A stretch of 64,000 bases of DNA, from positions 1 through 64,000 of the forward strand of contig CT868507.1 in assembly GCA_000165425.1 (NCBI GenBank). The letters run 5' to 3'. Positions within the stretch are counted from its first letter, which is position 1, and the number at the start of each line of letters is the position of its first letter. The position numbers and the translations under genes are program-made. The stretch is from Paramecium tetraurelia (lineage: Eukaryota). The notes below the pieces were generated by a model, which had not been told where the DNA came from, did not search any database, and saw only the letters and a program-made list of their open reading frames with translations. Shown piece by piece: positions 1-14,100 of this stretch.

Positions 1-3000
1 CTATTTATACTGCTGTCTTTAGTAATTAGAATTAATAATTGGAATTATCGAATTTAATTGCATCTTAATCAGAGCAGTCTTTTTTCCTTTTTACAAATCT
101 TTGGATAAAATTTCAAAAGTATAGAATTGGTTTCGAGGCCAGAAGGACCTTTGGGAATCTTTTTAAACAGATATGGTTGATTTATTCTCTTACGAAACAA
201 AATTTTTAAAATTTATTTTGGATTGCTTGGGCAGGTTGGGTAGCGTATCCTAAGTAATAATTAATTCTAATAACTAGAGATTATTTGAATTTAGATGAAA
301 TTATCGAGATCTCCATTACCATTTGACCCAATTACTTAATAAGTCCATGAGATATTTTCTTAATCCCTTATAGTTTTAAGACTGGCGTAAAAGGCATGTT
401 CTTTATAAGGATTCAATATGAATTTAGGTATACCATAGATGATATGGGTTTAAGGGCATTAAAGTTAATTGATAATAATGATGCTTAATTTGATTGAAAA
501 ATCTTTTAAAACCAAAATTTTTATTCTTAAAATATTAAGCGATCTTCTGGAATAATTGTTGCCATTTGTCCTAATTTTATGTGAAATATAGTGTTATCAT
601 TTTGAAGTAAATAGCATAGAAGACTTTTCCGAATTATACATTAATTTATTCACAGAAGATTTTAGGACAAATATTCTCATGAAATTATGACATAAAATAT
701 ATGTTGTTAAAGGGAAATCCAAACTTAGTCATATAGAAAGAAAATCATCAGATAATCTAGCTTGTAAAATAGTTACTTCGCAAGTTAATATATCATCAAG
801 TAAAATACTAGAACACCAAGGTGTAGCAAAGTGACACTTTGAATGTAAAGGTTCATCATAACTCGTATATGTAGTCAACATTCTATTCCCCATACATGAT
901 AAGCCAGTCTTGCAAATTACAAGTTCTACAAAATCAAGACACTATTAGCAATATTATCGTAATACGCCCTTACACAAATGCAATTTGAAATATTCACGCG
1001 ATCTCTTTTATACTATAAACAATTAGTAGATGTGTTTGAACATGTTAAACATTTATTTTTACATTCTTAAATAATAAAACGATTATACAGAAAAAATGTA
1101 TTTATTGTGCCTCAAAGTATCCATCTTGACAAAGACATAATTCAGTTACTCTTCATTCCTTACAAGTAAGACAATAGAATGCTTTAGGAGTTAAAAATGT
1201 TACATAAAGAATCATCACAAATTGGAGCATTGTGTCTTGATTTACTTGAACAAAGTTAGCAATCTTTTGAACTAAATTAAAAAAGTTTACAAGGATAACT
1301 CCATTTTTTTCCATTCTAGGGTTAGACTATAATCATAATATCCATCTTTGCAATTGCAATTTTGAATATGGTAAATCTATTTGAAAATTAGGATATTTAG
1401 TAACTCTTGATTATCTTATGTAATTTAACAATTGTTGAATTTAAGGCTACATTTTAAATTATATTTTGCCAAATTACAATAACATATTTTATCTACATCA
1501 GAATAAAACCCAGCTATACAAGGAAACTTTTTTATGATAGAAAAGTCAATTCTAAATTGAACCAGTAAAGTTAACTTTTATTTAAGAGCATGTTAGACAA
1601 AAATTTGAAAATTCTATTTCAAATGGGTATAATTACTTTGGCATTCAAGTATACCATTATCAAAGTAGCCTATTTTACATGTGCAAGTACAGGATTAACA
1701 TATTTTACAATGTTATTCCAATATCATGTATCCTTCTTAGCATATACAATATTAAGTGTTGTTTAAGATTCTAAAATATAATGGTTCACAGGATGAACTT
1801 TGCAAAGATCCATTCACACATTTTTAACAACTCAGATCACTTACTATTTGATATATAATTTATTACTTGAACACCATTTAGAATATTTCATAGTATCCAT
1901 ATCTGCATGGACATTTTAGGTTATCTTAATTAAAATATCTAATATTATATTACATGCAGAAGGACAAAGAGTGCATTAATCTCCCCAAAATTAACAGAAT
2001 TGGCACAGGAATGATGACAGATTGCTAAAATATAAGGCTATGCAATAAGTGAACTTATGATATTGTTTAAACCCTTATCTATGTAGGCAGAGTCACATAA
2101 GCATTGATAATCTATAGTTAGATGACGATGAGAATATAATGAACAAGTTGTACAATTTGGTTATAATGGTCCTGAACAATTTTCGCATGTATAATGACAT
2201 TCTTAATAAATTTTTATTTTTGATTAGTTATCCGTATGTCTAAATCTCCCTCTACTGTATAACCTGTCTTACAAATGCATTTTATTTCATCAGACATAAT
2301 TCGATAAACAAGTTTCGCATGAGATATAGCATTCAAAATGTGTAAGATGTTCTGTTACCTTGACAGATAAGTTCATCAATTCCTGTTCTTTAGTAACCTT
2401 TTTTTAAAACTAATCAATAATTAAAAGATTTACTTAAGCAATCTGATCCGTTTGACCCAGTGCACTAATTACAAAAACTGGGACACTCTTAATAATACAA
2501 ATAAAAATCTCCAACTCCAAATGATTCTTCATTAGATGCTTCGTTGAGATTAATAGTATGCTGAATTTTAACAGAATTTGTATAATGATTTATTTCCAAT
2601 TCTGTTCTAGAAAATAAAGTTAGAGACAAATTATGAATTGTTGCAGTAAGTTTTTTTCCTAGACCAAAGTTCCATCTACTATTATTTAAGTTGCCTCATT
2701 GCCCCATGCATCTATTTTAGCCCATAGAATAAAGATGTTGATTTTGTAATGCGGGTATTAGATATCAAAAGTGTTACTTAATATCGATCCAGCTCCTAAT
2801 TTTCCGAATCCTCCTAATAAAGCAACAGCTAATATTTTCTAAACTGTATTTACGTCCAAATTTGTTCATTACTGAAAGTCCATTTACTATGTTCCATCCA
2901 TAAGTTGTTATAATATCTAATTAATTCCAACTCTTTGCAAATAAATTTCCAACTTGAACGATCATTTATCGGCACATTTCTCCTCCTCTATGCTGAAGTC

Positions 3001-3241
3001 CCTCATTCCCCTATATCCCTACTTTATTAAAATTTTTTACAATACAGGTTTCATCCAAATTAGATGTTACAATGCTACTGCTTTAAGACTAGAGTGTGGC
3101 AATCTCTAACTAAAGTTCGCTTAATAATTATGAGAATCTAATCCCCTTTATCCACAAACCTGTTCCATCTTGAGTGCAAAACAATTTAATCTTCCCCAAA
3201 AAGAAAAACAATCCTAAACTTTACAAATAAGTTACTACCAT
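1..3241 (-). pseudogene. Degenerate Cys-rich (furin-like CxxC repeat) surface protein with N-terminal 'GxRDF'-type domains; probable pseudogene, 3' end at or near the window edge
   Basis: Code-6 reading gives LLGGFGKLG..PHYKINIFILWAKIDAWG, ESFGVGDFYLYYQECPSFCNQC and many CxxC/CxC units. There is an in-frame TGA where Cys is expected (~2962-2964) and a frameshift near 2600-2660 that no short GT-AG intron explains. Confidence 0.65.
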
Positions 3242-3481
3242 TTTTTCTATTTTATAGATCCTTTTCGTCCCATTTGATTAAGTATTTCACTTATAGAGGA
3301 TTTTAAAATTATATGAAGAAATGTCCTGTTTGAATTGATTAAGTTATTCGGTTGTCACTCTTTCTTGAATTTATAAACTATAAAATGAATATAAAAGAAG
3401 TGGATATCAAAAATTTGAATATAATTAATATTTTTCTTGACCATCCAGCATTGTTTTATTAATATGAATTAGTAAATATAA

Positions 3482-4474
3482 TCAAATGAATTCAAGTAGT
3501 GCCACATCTTTGGGTTATTCTAATCCATACCTACATAGTGGACAACGAGGATCTCTTCCCAGCCACTATTTACAACATTCAGCATGGAAATAGTGTTCCT
3601 GATGACAGGGCAACTGAATTACACTATGTGATTCATTAATTTCTTAGTAGCAAATAGGGCTAACATATTAATTTAATATACCAATCATTTTATTGCATTG
3701 AAGGGCGTTGTTCTTTTAATTTTCTAAATTTGATGTTCTATAAGGAATCATAGAATCTAATGATTAGGTTCCTGTTCTATTGATAATGCAATTCTTGCCT
3801 TATTACAATGAACCATAGCATTACAAATGGCCAGATGAAACACATAAGCACAGGGATTATCCAATAAAGAATTAAAAGTACAAGATAAAATTGAATGAGC
3901 AATGGGGTTTCGGTAGTAATAAATAGCATAGTAGTTAGAGTGTAGACCGAAATAAAGTAGTACAACAACTTAATTGTAATGCAATTAAAATAAAAGGACT
4001 TTTGCTCAATAATATCAATGACAAGTAGTCCATTGACAGGACGATAATAGCTAACGAATTCCTGAATGATTATTTAAGTTATGGATGAATTCAAAGAGAG
4101 TAAATTAAGTTATCTATTATAGTTCTATATATCAATACTACCAATGTATTAGGTTAAAATTCTAAATAATTTTTAGATATTTACCCTATTATGAGATAGT
4201 GAAGGATGTTAATAACATCGTGCAAACCCATAACTAAAATAAGTATACTAAAGAGAGGTTCTACTATTTATTGATATTGGGACAAAGTAATAAATAGTTT
4301 GATTAGATAATAGAAGCATAAAAATAAACAAAGAGCATTTCCTTCTTTAATAGCGCTGGGAAGTATGGGCAAATAATTATCTGTAATTAGGAGTCTATCA
4401 TCTAAATAGGAGCTTTCTGATCCAAAGTTGAGTGAGTGGTCCTGGTGCCAAAAGAAGTTTACTTCATTAATCAT
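3482..4474 (-). CDS. Multi-pass membrane protein with C-terminal RING-H2 finger (E3 ubiquitin ligase)
   Basis: Hydrophobic helices followed by CPICYQE..QLPCHQEHYFHAECCKQWLGRDPRCPLCR; TGA at 3482-3484; short introns. Confidence 0.9.
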
Positions 4475-4502
4475 GCAATATTAATAAAAAAAATTAATTA
4501 TT

Positions 4503-7164
4503 ATGGAAGAAACTGAAGCTTTGATAAAATCATCTGAGCCTTAGCATACCAAAAACGTAATTTAGGCACTCTTGAATGAATATCAAATTATGTACGCTGG
4601 TCTATAAAATCAGTACTAAATTTATTTTAAGTATAGAGAATACTTGGATTATTGCTTCGTTAAAGGAGCATCTGGACAAACAGTCCCATTAGCCCTGTTA
4701 TTACCAGTAGGGTTGTTCTTGGGAGTAGTAAATATATTGTCAAAAGCCACAACCAATATTATCGAAGGTTGATAATGATGTCAAATTTAGGTGATTATAT
4801 CTTGTCAAATTTGGTTTATGTGATTCTCTAAGTCTGTGGACTCTGCATAGTTCTATATTTATTACTTAAAGCATGTGAGGTGATACCGAAGAAAATTCAA
4901 AATCCACTTCTTTTTGGGAGAGTAACAACTTACGTTTTTATGTGTTTACTCATCGCCATGGGAATTTTAGTTGTTGAGAGGATAGTTGAAGGACAAGCAA
5001 GAACTTATCATACATCTCAATTCTGGGTGGTTTTCGCTTTGATAATCTGGTAAAAGATATTGGTCTTATTTATATATGATTATAAAGTTAGATTTGCAGC
5101 ATTTTTATTTTTATACACTTATTATGCCTTTAGAGTTTCAGGTGAAGAATTTAGATGGGCTTACAACCTCTTAAAAGCATCAGTATACATTATCCTGGAG
5201 TTGGTAATGGTAATAGACAGAGAATTGAAGGATTATGCTGACTATTAATTGGAGAATAATGTAACATTTTCTAAATCTATTTAGATACAAACCAAATAAG
5301 TACTAGATGAAGTAGTTCCTCCCATGAGGATGTTTTAACAATAATTCCTCCTTGAATCTTATCTAAAAGTGTTTCCCGTTGTAATTTTTGATCAAACAAA
5401 AGAATTACTTAATATTTCATCTGAAACTTTAAAATTGTTAGGCCAAAATGATTTGTTTTAGGCTGAAAAACAATTAAGAAAATTGGAGATAATAGAAGTT
5501 TTTAATCGAAAAGAATAAGTGTCAGCCAAAGAATTTACTGTTAAATTGACTAGATAAGCTAAATTTGGATCTACTTGCGGAGTAAACGAAAAAGGGGATT
5601 TATTGCATTCATTGATTAATGGACCAGCCTTATAGCAATTAAGAGCATAGTAATAAACTGACTAGCCAAGATTGCAAACTCAGGGGTAATTAGAATAGCT
5701 ACTCAATGAATTAATCAAAGGAGATCAAGACTATTTAAAGGGACTGCTAGTATTGAAATTAAGTAAGGAAAAGTAGTTCTACTTCTCATTTCATTTGATT
5801 AGAAACAAAAAAATTTATCTATTCTTAGATGATGTTTCTGATATTATGAAATTGCAAATGAAAAATAAGGACGAAAATTACGAGACCAAAGAAATTAAAG
5901 ATATTAATATCTTATTGTCCTAGATTCGATAGATTTCTACACTGAAAAGCTATCCTATTCCTACTAAGATACAAAATATTGAGATAAAATCTTGTTATTT
6001 GGAATAGAATTAATTGAGAATTAATTATGATAAAATTAATTTTGATCAAATGGTCATAAATTTACAAGAGTATTATAAACAAAGAATTCCCTCGATTAAA
6101 TATCAATTCAAAAATCTAATTAAATTGAATACTAGCTTCTTTACAGATGAAGAAAGACTTCGATAGATTATTGATATAATTATGGAGAATAGTATTGAGT
6201 AAACAAAGGATGGATTTATTGGGATAACTTTTGAAAACGATGCAAGGCCCAATTGTATTCAAGTATCCATCCAAGATACAGGAATTGGGATCAATCTAGA
6301 GTTAATGAAGGATGAAATGGGTTCCAAACTTTCTGGGCTCTTCATTGCCAACTATTTAACTAAAATATTGGGAGTCTCATTTTTCAACAAAAAAATTAAT
6401 GGACAAATCGCAAATAAAGGTTTGAGGATTGTGACCACATAGGAGTACGGGACTAAAATTTCATTTACACTTCGAAATATGTTATTCGATCAGAACAATG
6501 TGTTCTTTCTAATTGATGAAAATTTGGAAGAGGATGAGTAGAATCAAGATGAAATTCTAGAAAGATACTTAATTGAAGATTAAACTCAATATTTAAATAG
6601 ATTAAAGAAGTATATAAAATATCTGTATTTATAGACCTATTAAATATATTGTGATGAAGAATGAAGAGAAAAAAGTTGTGTAACTCTTAGATGACAGATA
6701 AGTCAAAAGACCACAATTAAAAGGCATGATGAAACTATAGGAATCAGGAAGATTAAAGTCACTAACTACTCAAGTTGAATAATTATAAATTCCTTTAGAG
6801 AAATGTATCTGCGCAACTCCATTAATCATAAATAGTGATCACTACTTTTCTTCTACATTGAAAGACTTTAACTTCTAAATTGCAAATGAATTCGAAGCTT
6901 TAAAAATGATTAATATAAAACTAAAAGAGAATCCTTGTATTTAGAAAGGATGCCTTGCTTATAATAAAATTTTCATAAATTGTTCGAATCCAAAAGTGAA
7001 TTATGATGAGTAATATTAAGTTTAATTTTAGTTTGGTAAAGAAATTACTACTATTAAACAAACAATTAAATATCATAGTCCTTTCATATCTTCCATGGGG
7101 AGAATTGTAACCTAACATCGCTTATTATCAAATGCCAACTAAACTAGATACCATATTTAAGTGA
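4503..7164 (+). CDS. Membrane-bound hybrid histidine-kinase-like protein (multi-TM, HATPase_c, degenerate receiver)
   Basis: TDEERLRQIIDIIMENSIEQTKDG (N box), IQVSIQDTGIGI (G1 box), GTKISFTL, and a receiver-like C-terminus ANEFEALKMI..IFINCSNP; introns at 6610-6634 and ~7010-7031. Confidence 0.8.
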
Positions 7165-8310
7165 TTTAAATAAATTTCACTAATACCATTATAAACTTCC
7201 TTTATGTAAACTTTCTATACAACTCCAATATTGAATATTGCTGATTTGTATGTTTGAACTTCATCTAATTAATTACATTGATATTTAATTCTAATCAACT
7301 CAAATTATCCAAATCGAGTTATCAATTTTATACATATATGTAATTGGATTTAAATAAGATTATGAATTTCTATAAAATATTTTTAGTAATTTACCTTAAT
7401 TAGAAAACTTTAAATATGGACACATAATTATAATGCCGAAAATATGCTTTATAAAATTATTTCACATTAAATTTAGAACCTTAATTTCATTTTTACTTTA
7501 AAGTTATTATTTCTACTAGAACTTGTTTGATTAAATCATTTTATATATTCTAATCATAAGATTTTTATTAATTCTAATATTTCTCCATCCTCTAGTGTTA
7601 TCTTTTTAATTTTTTGTTTATAATTAAATCAAAAGCCTTAAGATTTTGATTTTAAAATCATTTTATCATTCATTATTAGTCCTTCGTAATATCTTATTAT
7701 CGAATATCGATCTGATTTTTGCGTATTTAATCTCACTTTCATTAAAATCGAAATATTTATACAACTCCTCTTTAATAATTGTATAACAAAATTCTTTTAA
7801 AACTCACTGTGCTAAAATGTATCATTTTCCTTCAATAATAATAACCTTTAATTATTTGTATCACATATAAAAGTCTGTAATTAAATAAGGAATGGTTTAA
7901 TATTATAAATTAAAACAATAATAAAACGATATTTTCAAGAATAAACCCTTTTATTGAAATTTTTCAATGTATTTTAGAGATAAATTAATAACGTTCACAA
8001 TATTTATCTAACTCATTACCTTATGACTAAAAAATATAAGTGTAATCTATATAAGTTTAGTGATGCTTTTGATATTGCTAATGTTGCTAATATATTGTTA
8101 TCATATTATTTTCACTTGTTAAATTAAAATAAGATAGAGAAACAGTCTAATGATTTATCATTTTTTTCTTCTTTTGTCATGATTTCATTTGAATCATTTG
8201 GCTGTCTGTATTTTTATTTCTAATTTCTACTTTAATGAATTTTATTCTATATTGAATATATATAGAATTTAATAAAGAAAATTTGATATAAAACTATCCA
8301 AAGTTTTCAG

Positions 8311-9135
8311 ATGCATAATTATAATTAAAATATTATGGGAAAATCACATTTGAAAATTTATACCATCTTAATGATAAGCAATGTATGTTCTATTGCTATA
8401 GGATAAATATTTGTGAAATTTCAGGATACATGTGCTTGCGAACAATTACTCTATGAGGAGGAATGCAAGGCTGATAGGATATGCAATTATTCTAATGATA
8501 AATGCTAAACTATATAATGCAATCTCTTGCCTGCAAAAGATTGTGGTTATAATGACAATTGTGCTTTGGTAAATAATACATGCGTTGATTTTAAATCATG
8601 TGCATCTCATAATGCTACAACAGAGGATGCTTGTGAAAGTTTAAATCACAATTGTTACTTTGATGATGATCAAAATACTTGTGAGGAACCATAAATATTC
8701 AATATGGGCACATGTTCTGAAGACTTATTTTCAATATGCTTGGTTGCTAATGAAGGCCTTTGTTTTAGGAAAAATGGAGTCTGCTAAGAAATGAAGGTTT
8801 GCGAAGATGTCATTCCTATGAGTTTATAATGTATTGCCGCCTTTCCAGCCTGCGAAAAGGGAAATGATAAATGTGTATCTCATTTTTAATGCAGTCAATC
8901 AGAATGGCTTGATTGTAGAATAGCAAAGGAGAATATCAATGGTGATAGATATAAACTTTGTATGAGAGGACCAAATGGATGTGTAAATTTTGACCCAAAT
9001 TAACAAACAAAAGAATCTTGTTGGAAGAATTCCACTGCATTCTATCATTGGGATGGCTAAGGATGTTCAAGATGTTCTTGGGCTTCAATAATGAAATCTG
9101 TATTATTTGTAGCTTTTTTAATCCTGAGCATTTGA
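8311..9135 (+). CDS. Cys-periodic surface protein (Paramecium mini-antigen-like), signal peptide and GPI-type tail
   Basis: Intronless 275-codon code-6 ORF: hydrophobic N-terminus, TCACEQL..EC start, periodic Cys, ending YHWDGQGCSRCSWASIMKSVLFVAFLILSI*. Start may be 8335. Confidence 0.85.
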
Positions 9136-9794
9136 GGATTACGTACATATTAATCATATAAATAATTTATTTGGTTCTTTTGATTTAATTTCTGATTTAA
9201 TACTGAAAGTTTCGTTTTAGGTCTTGAGTATCTTTAACAAATTATAAATTTATGAAGAACTCCATAATGAATAATTAAATAATATCATCATTATGTATAT
9301 ACCAAGTGTTGAAGTTACATAATAGTCGTGATTGAAATTGAAATTCAATTTTTATTACTAAAAGCTATGTAATTATGTATATAAATAAATAAGTCACATG
9401 GTTTTCTATTACTTTCTTTATCTGGTTTATATTCTTGAATTTGTTCATTTTATCTTGTGGGGACGTTGAATTAATTACTGAATTTTTAATTGATTTCTCT
9501 TTGATAGAGGGAAATAACATTGGAGTATTTACAGTAGAATTTACTCTATTTACTCAAATACTAATATTAACTAGTATTTGCTATTGCGTAATGTATAAGA
9601 TTTGTTAAATAATGAATAAATTTAATATTTGAATTGATTATTTGAAATATAAACACCATTGAATTTTATATAAATTTTATCACATATTTATTCATGATTT
9701 AATTAATTACAAAGATTTATGAGGTTTTCTATGTGTCTAGTGTTTTAGATTTAATTAATTTAAATCTCATAATAATAATAATAAAAAGCAAAGC

Positions 9795-11106
9795 ATGAAT
9801 AGTGAACTCTTGATTATGGAATCAACATTATTTAGTGCTTCTGTGATTGCTTTGCTAATTTTCAAAGAGTCCCAGATTAATCAAAAGATAATTAAATTAC
9901 TGTTTTCTTTGGCAAACATTACGATATTTTTATTAGAAATAAAGCATATAGGAGATTCTATTTGTAATTATATATTTTTGAAAGGTTAGATGTTTTATTA
10001 GCTATTTCTGCCTTTCTTGTGAGTACATATTTTTATAAAGTGTTGAAGAGAGTGAAGGATGAGATTCCGCAGATTCAGGTCTTGAATACGTAGCTTTCAG
10101 AGAAACAAAATAGAGTGGAGTCGGAAATAGAATTGCCATAATAGTTGCCAGTGATTCCATCGATTCATGAAAGCAATTCCAGCATGAATCAAAATTAGAA
10201 TCCTCCCACAACTGAAAATAATAGACGACATAGCAACATTTCAGGTGATTAACAGAATGCTAGACAGGAGTAGGGAATGAATTATTTGGGGGACAACAAA
10301 AGGCCTTCATACTAGTAGAGAAACAATGGACTTGGAATTCTAATTACTCGTTAGCAGAGTGTTGCTTAGATCTAACGTAATAGACTTATTTATTTTTAAT
10401 AGCCGACCTGAATGTGATTAAGTTTCAAGATGACTTTGGAGAGATTAAATTCGGAATACTTAAAACCCTTAAGTCAGTTGCTTATGACTAATTAGGCAAG
10501 GAGGTGGAAGGGATATTTCATACGGATAGGCCCTTTACAAAATTATTATCAACAGTTGAATAAACGAATCAACCCAGAATGCAGATTTTGTATGAGAGTT
10601 AAGCGCAGAACCAATATGTTGACGACGCTTTAAGAGGAGCAATCCAATTAGGGGACATGGGATATGGTGAAAAGAAGGAAAATAAGTAGATTACATGGTA
10701 AAAAATATTAAAAGCCTTAATTTTAATAATTATTTTAAATCTAAATTTAGTTATAATAGATAACTGGAATTTGCAATAATTGATCTTATTTTTTGCCATT
10801 TTGTGGAGACAAATATTGCAATTTAAAAAATTGATGGCACACTCATTGGAAGTGAAGTGTGAGTTAAGAGAAATCCTGATTTGGTTTGCTTTGATCACTC
10901 TTCCAATTTTGATTGTGTTCGTGATCAATATGCTAGACAAGAGTATAGGGAAATAAGTGTTGTAAGTTGCAAGTTGGATTGCCTTGATAATATCTTCTAA
11001 GTACAGTAAGAGTTGCGAGGAGTATGTAAATATCAGTAATCCTAGATATCTTTATGGTTGCTTATTTTACATATTTGTATTGACAATAGTACTCTGTTTT
11101 ATTTGA
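9795..11106 (+). CDS. Hypothetical membrane protein (N- and C-terminal TM blocks flanking a polar loop)
   Basis: Open code-6 reading with short introns; hydrophobic segments at both ends; ends ..LTIVLCFI*. Confidence 0.7.
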
Positions 11107-11168
11107 ATATGATTTATATTACTCAAAAAATGATTATTTAAGTAATTAATATACATCTTAAATTAATC

Positions 11169-14100
11169 ATGAATTAATAGTATTTAAGGAACAAATTTAA
11201 GATCAGAAAGTCTGTTGATACTCCTCTTATTCCAAAGATAATGTCAATGAAAAACGAGCAATCATCATTAAACGAAACCAATCGAAAACGCTACATTAAA
11301 GCATTTAGTCCTCAACGTTATCATTTGCCGCAGATTGTTCACCATTAGTTGGATACCATTACACCATTACGACAAAGAGGGAAATCTGAAAGCATTAGAG
11401 AACATTCTTAGGGATTCTTGGGGCCAATTGATTTCGCTCGGTTGCTACAAACTGATCAACAATTGGGATAGGAATTTTGTTATTTAAATAATTAGGGTAA
11501 TCCATACGAGTGGAAAGTGGTCAATTATGAGAATAAAAGGTTGGAATAATATATGACGATAAGCGGAGGAGGGATTATAATTCATCATAGTAATTTTGAG
11601 GAGTTTGTGTCTATCTAATAATTTGAAAAAGATCGAAAATTATTTTATAGATTACAAAAAATTGAGTTCTTCAGAAATTATCTTAAATAAAAGACATTTG
11701 CTAGGTGGAAGAAGTTAAGCATCAAGAATAAAGCTTAATCAATTTCTAAGGATCTGACTGCATGTTTCTTGTTATTGGATCCCTCTCTCAAGTGCCCAAT
11801 TGAGGAAATTCATAAACACACTCAGAACATCAAGAGTTTAGTATTTTTTATCCCTAGTGAAATGAGTCCTGTAAACAAAATTAAATTCATCCAAAAATTG
11901 TAAAGATGTTTGACTGACTTCCAAAATGAATTAACTTAGAACATTAAATTAATACTTAACATAGTAGTTGATGCATGCCAAAAATCCTTTAATCTTTTTA
12001 GAGAGGATCAAAAATACAAGGAGAATATGGAATTGATACGCAATTCTTAAATGGAATAAAAGACTCTGATAATTGGTGTATTAATGCTCTACTTATACAT
12101 AGGACAATTCTACTCAATAAATGCCATTCACAATCGAATCAAATCTAAGATAATTTCAGTAGAAACTAATCAAATTTACAAGAATGGTCGATTACATTCA
12201 ATTTGAGAGTATGATCGCATTGATGTACAATTCCATAGTTAATTTCTTGAAGGTAATGAAGAAGGCCAATAAGCATCTTAAAGTTGGGTAATTGTTACTC
12301 CTATTCAATAGAACAACCTAGTTCAGTTGGATTGTTGTGGATATTCATTTGAAGGAGGGTACCATGGTGTTTGAACCTTCGCTCTAAGGCATGTAGGACA
12401 TCTTTGTTGAGACAGTTGAATAGGCGATCGATATCATTGAATAGAGCATTTAATCAACCCGTAAACTGTAGGAACTATAGAACTATGGAGTTGGTTCAAG
12501 CACAACAGATCTGAGATAAGATTTGAGAGAGTATGGAAGACACAATTTAAAGTCATATGATTATGTAAGGGAACTTGGGTAAGAGCTACAATTTAGTTAC
12601 AAATAAATTGAGCATTACATGGCAAATATATAGAATTTATTGGATAAATTCGCAAAGAGTGAAGATCAGTTGTTGAATGCAGATGTGCTGAAGCTTCAAT
12701 TCTAATTGATCTCAGAAATGCAATCTGAAGTAGAGGCTATAGAAACCATTGTGGATATTGGGTTTTTGAGATTGAACATCAAGCTCTTTAAATTGTAGAT
12801 GCAGGCCTATTTCAAGAATAGGATTTAGGTGATCAATGAGAAGGTGGATTTGGAACTTAGTGTGAGATGCAAAATAATTTATGAAACAATTCAAGATTGG
12901 TTGGAGAAGTTGAAATTGAAACCAATGACTTTGAAACAATATGTCACTTATTAAGAGAATTATTAGTTGATTAAATCTAATTATGAAGTCATTGATCAAT
13001 AAATAGAGGAATTACATACTTATAACAAAATTTATATTAATGAGTAATAAACGATCCCTATTAAAGAAGTTTGGGATAAGATTGTTAGTTAATATTAATA
13101 ATTTTAACATAAGTTTAATGATTTATAAAGTCATTATGGATTGGAGTAACATAAGTTCGAGAAGGAGTTCAGAAAGCTGACTCCGTTTTTTCATCAAAGG
13201 GTGTTATAATTTTGCGAGAAATTTGAGAACAGCAAAGACATCAATGATATAAACTCGATTTCATAATTGTAAGTCGAATTGATTGCTTTGGAATTGGAAT
13301 ATGAGGATTTGAGAGAGTATTCTGACTCTTTACAAATAGGATAATATTAAAATGAATAGTTACATGAGATAAAAAGCAAATATGTCTAATTTAAGTAATT
13401 GCAACTAGAAATACGTAAGATCAACAATTTGCAGTAGGAGTGGATGAGAGAACATTTTTTGGATCTGAATCTGTCTCTCATTAAGACAACTTATTAGAAT
13501 TTGTTACATTAGATTGAAGATTGTAAGATATTTGGACAGGGCTAATTAGTGCAGATAAAGAAATAATTGATGGATGAATTAAAACTATTTAATGTGATAG
13601 AAATCATTTTGTAGATCAAAGATTATGATTAGAATATCGTAACTTAAGTGTGCAAGAAGGATAAATTGTAGGATAAAAACTTATTATAATTACTATTGTA
13701 AATTTGTAATAATCCCTCACACCCATAATTCACTACTCTATTTTTGTAGCAGTTAGACATTGCTGATCAATAAGTTAATTTGTAGTAACTATTAATTATT
13801 ATTTAATATGAAAATCAAACAATGAACTCATTGATTAAATTAGAAGAGTTTTGGAAGAATCATAAATTGATCATTCAAAAGGTCAGAGGAACAAAGGATC
13901 AGTATACCATAACTAATTTAAGTTAATTGAATGATCTATTGGATGAGAACATTTTAAACATCAATACTATTCTGGGTCAACCTAATATTGATGATCTGAG
14001 AAATAGAATCGATTTACAACTTAAGTACATATATTACCTACAGGAATACATCAATTAGTTGATTCTCTTACAAGATACTCTATAGTATTTAACTAATGTG

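Noticed and set aside
9150..9660. Possible small minus-strand gene
   Set aside because: Partly coding-like, but I could not build a consistent start-intron-stop model.
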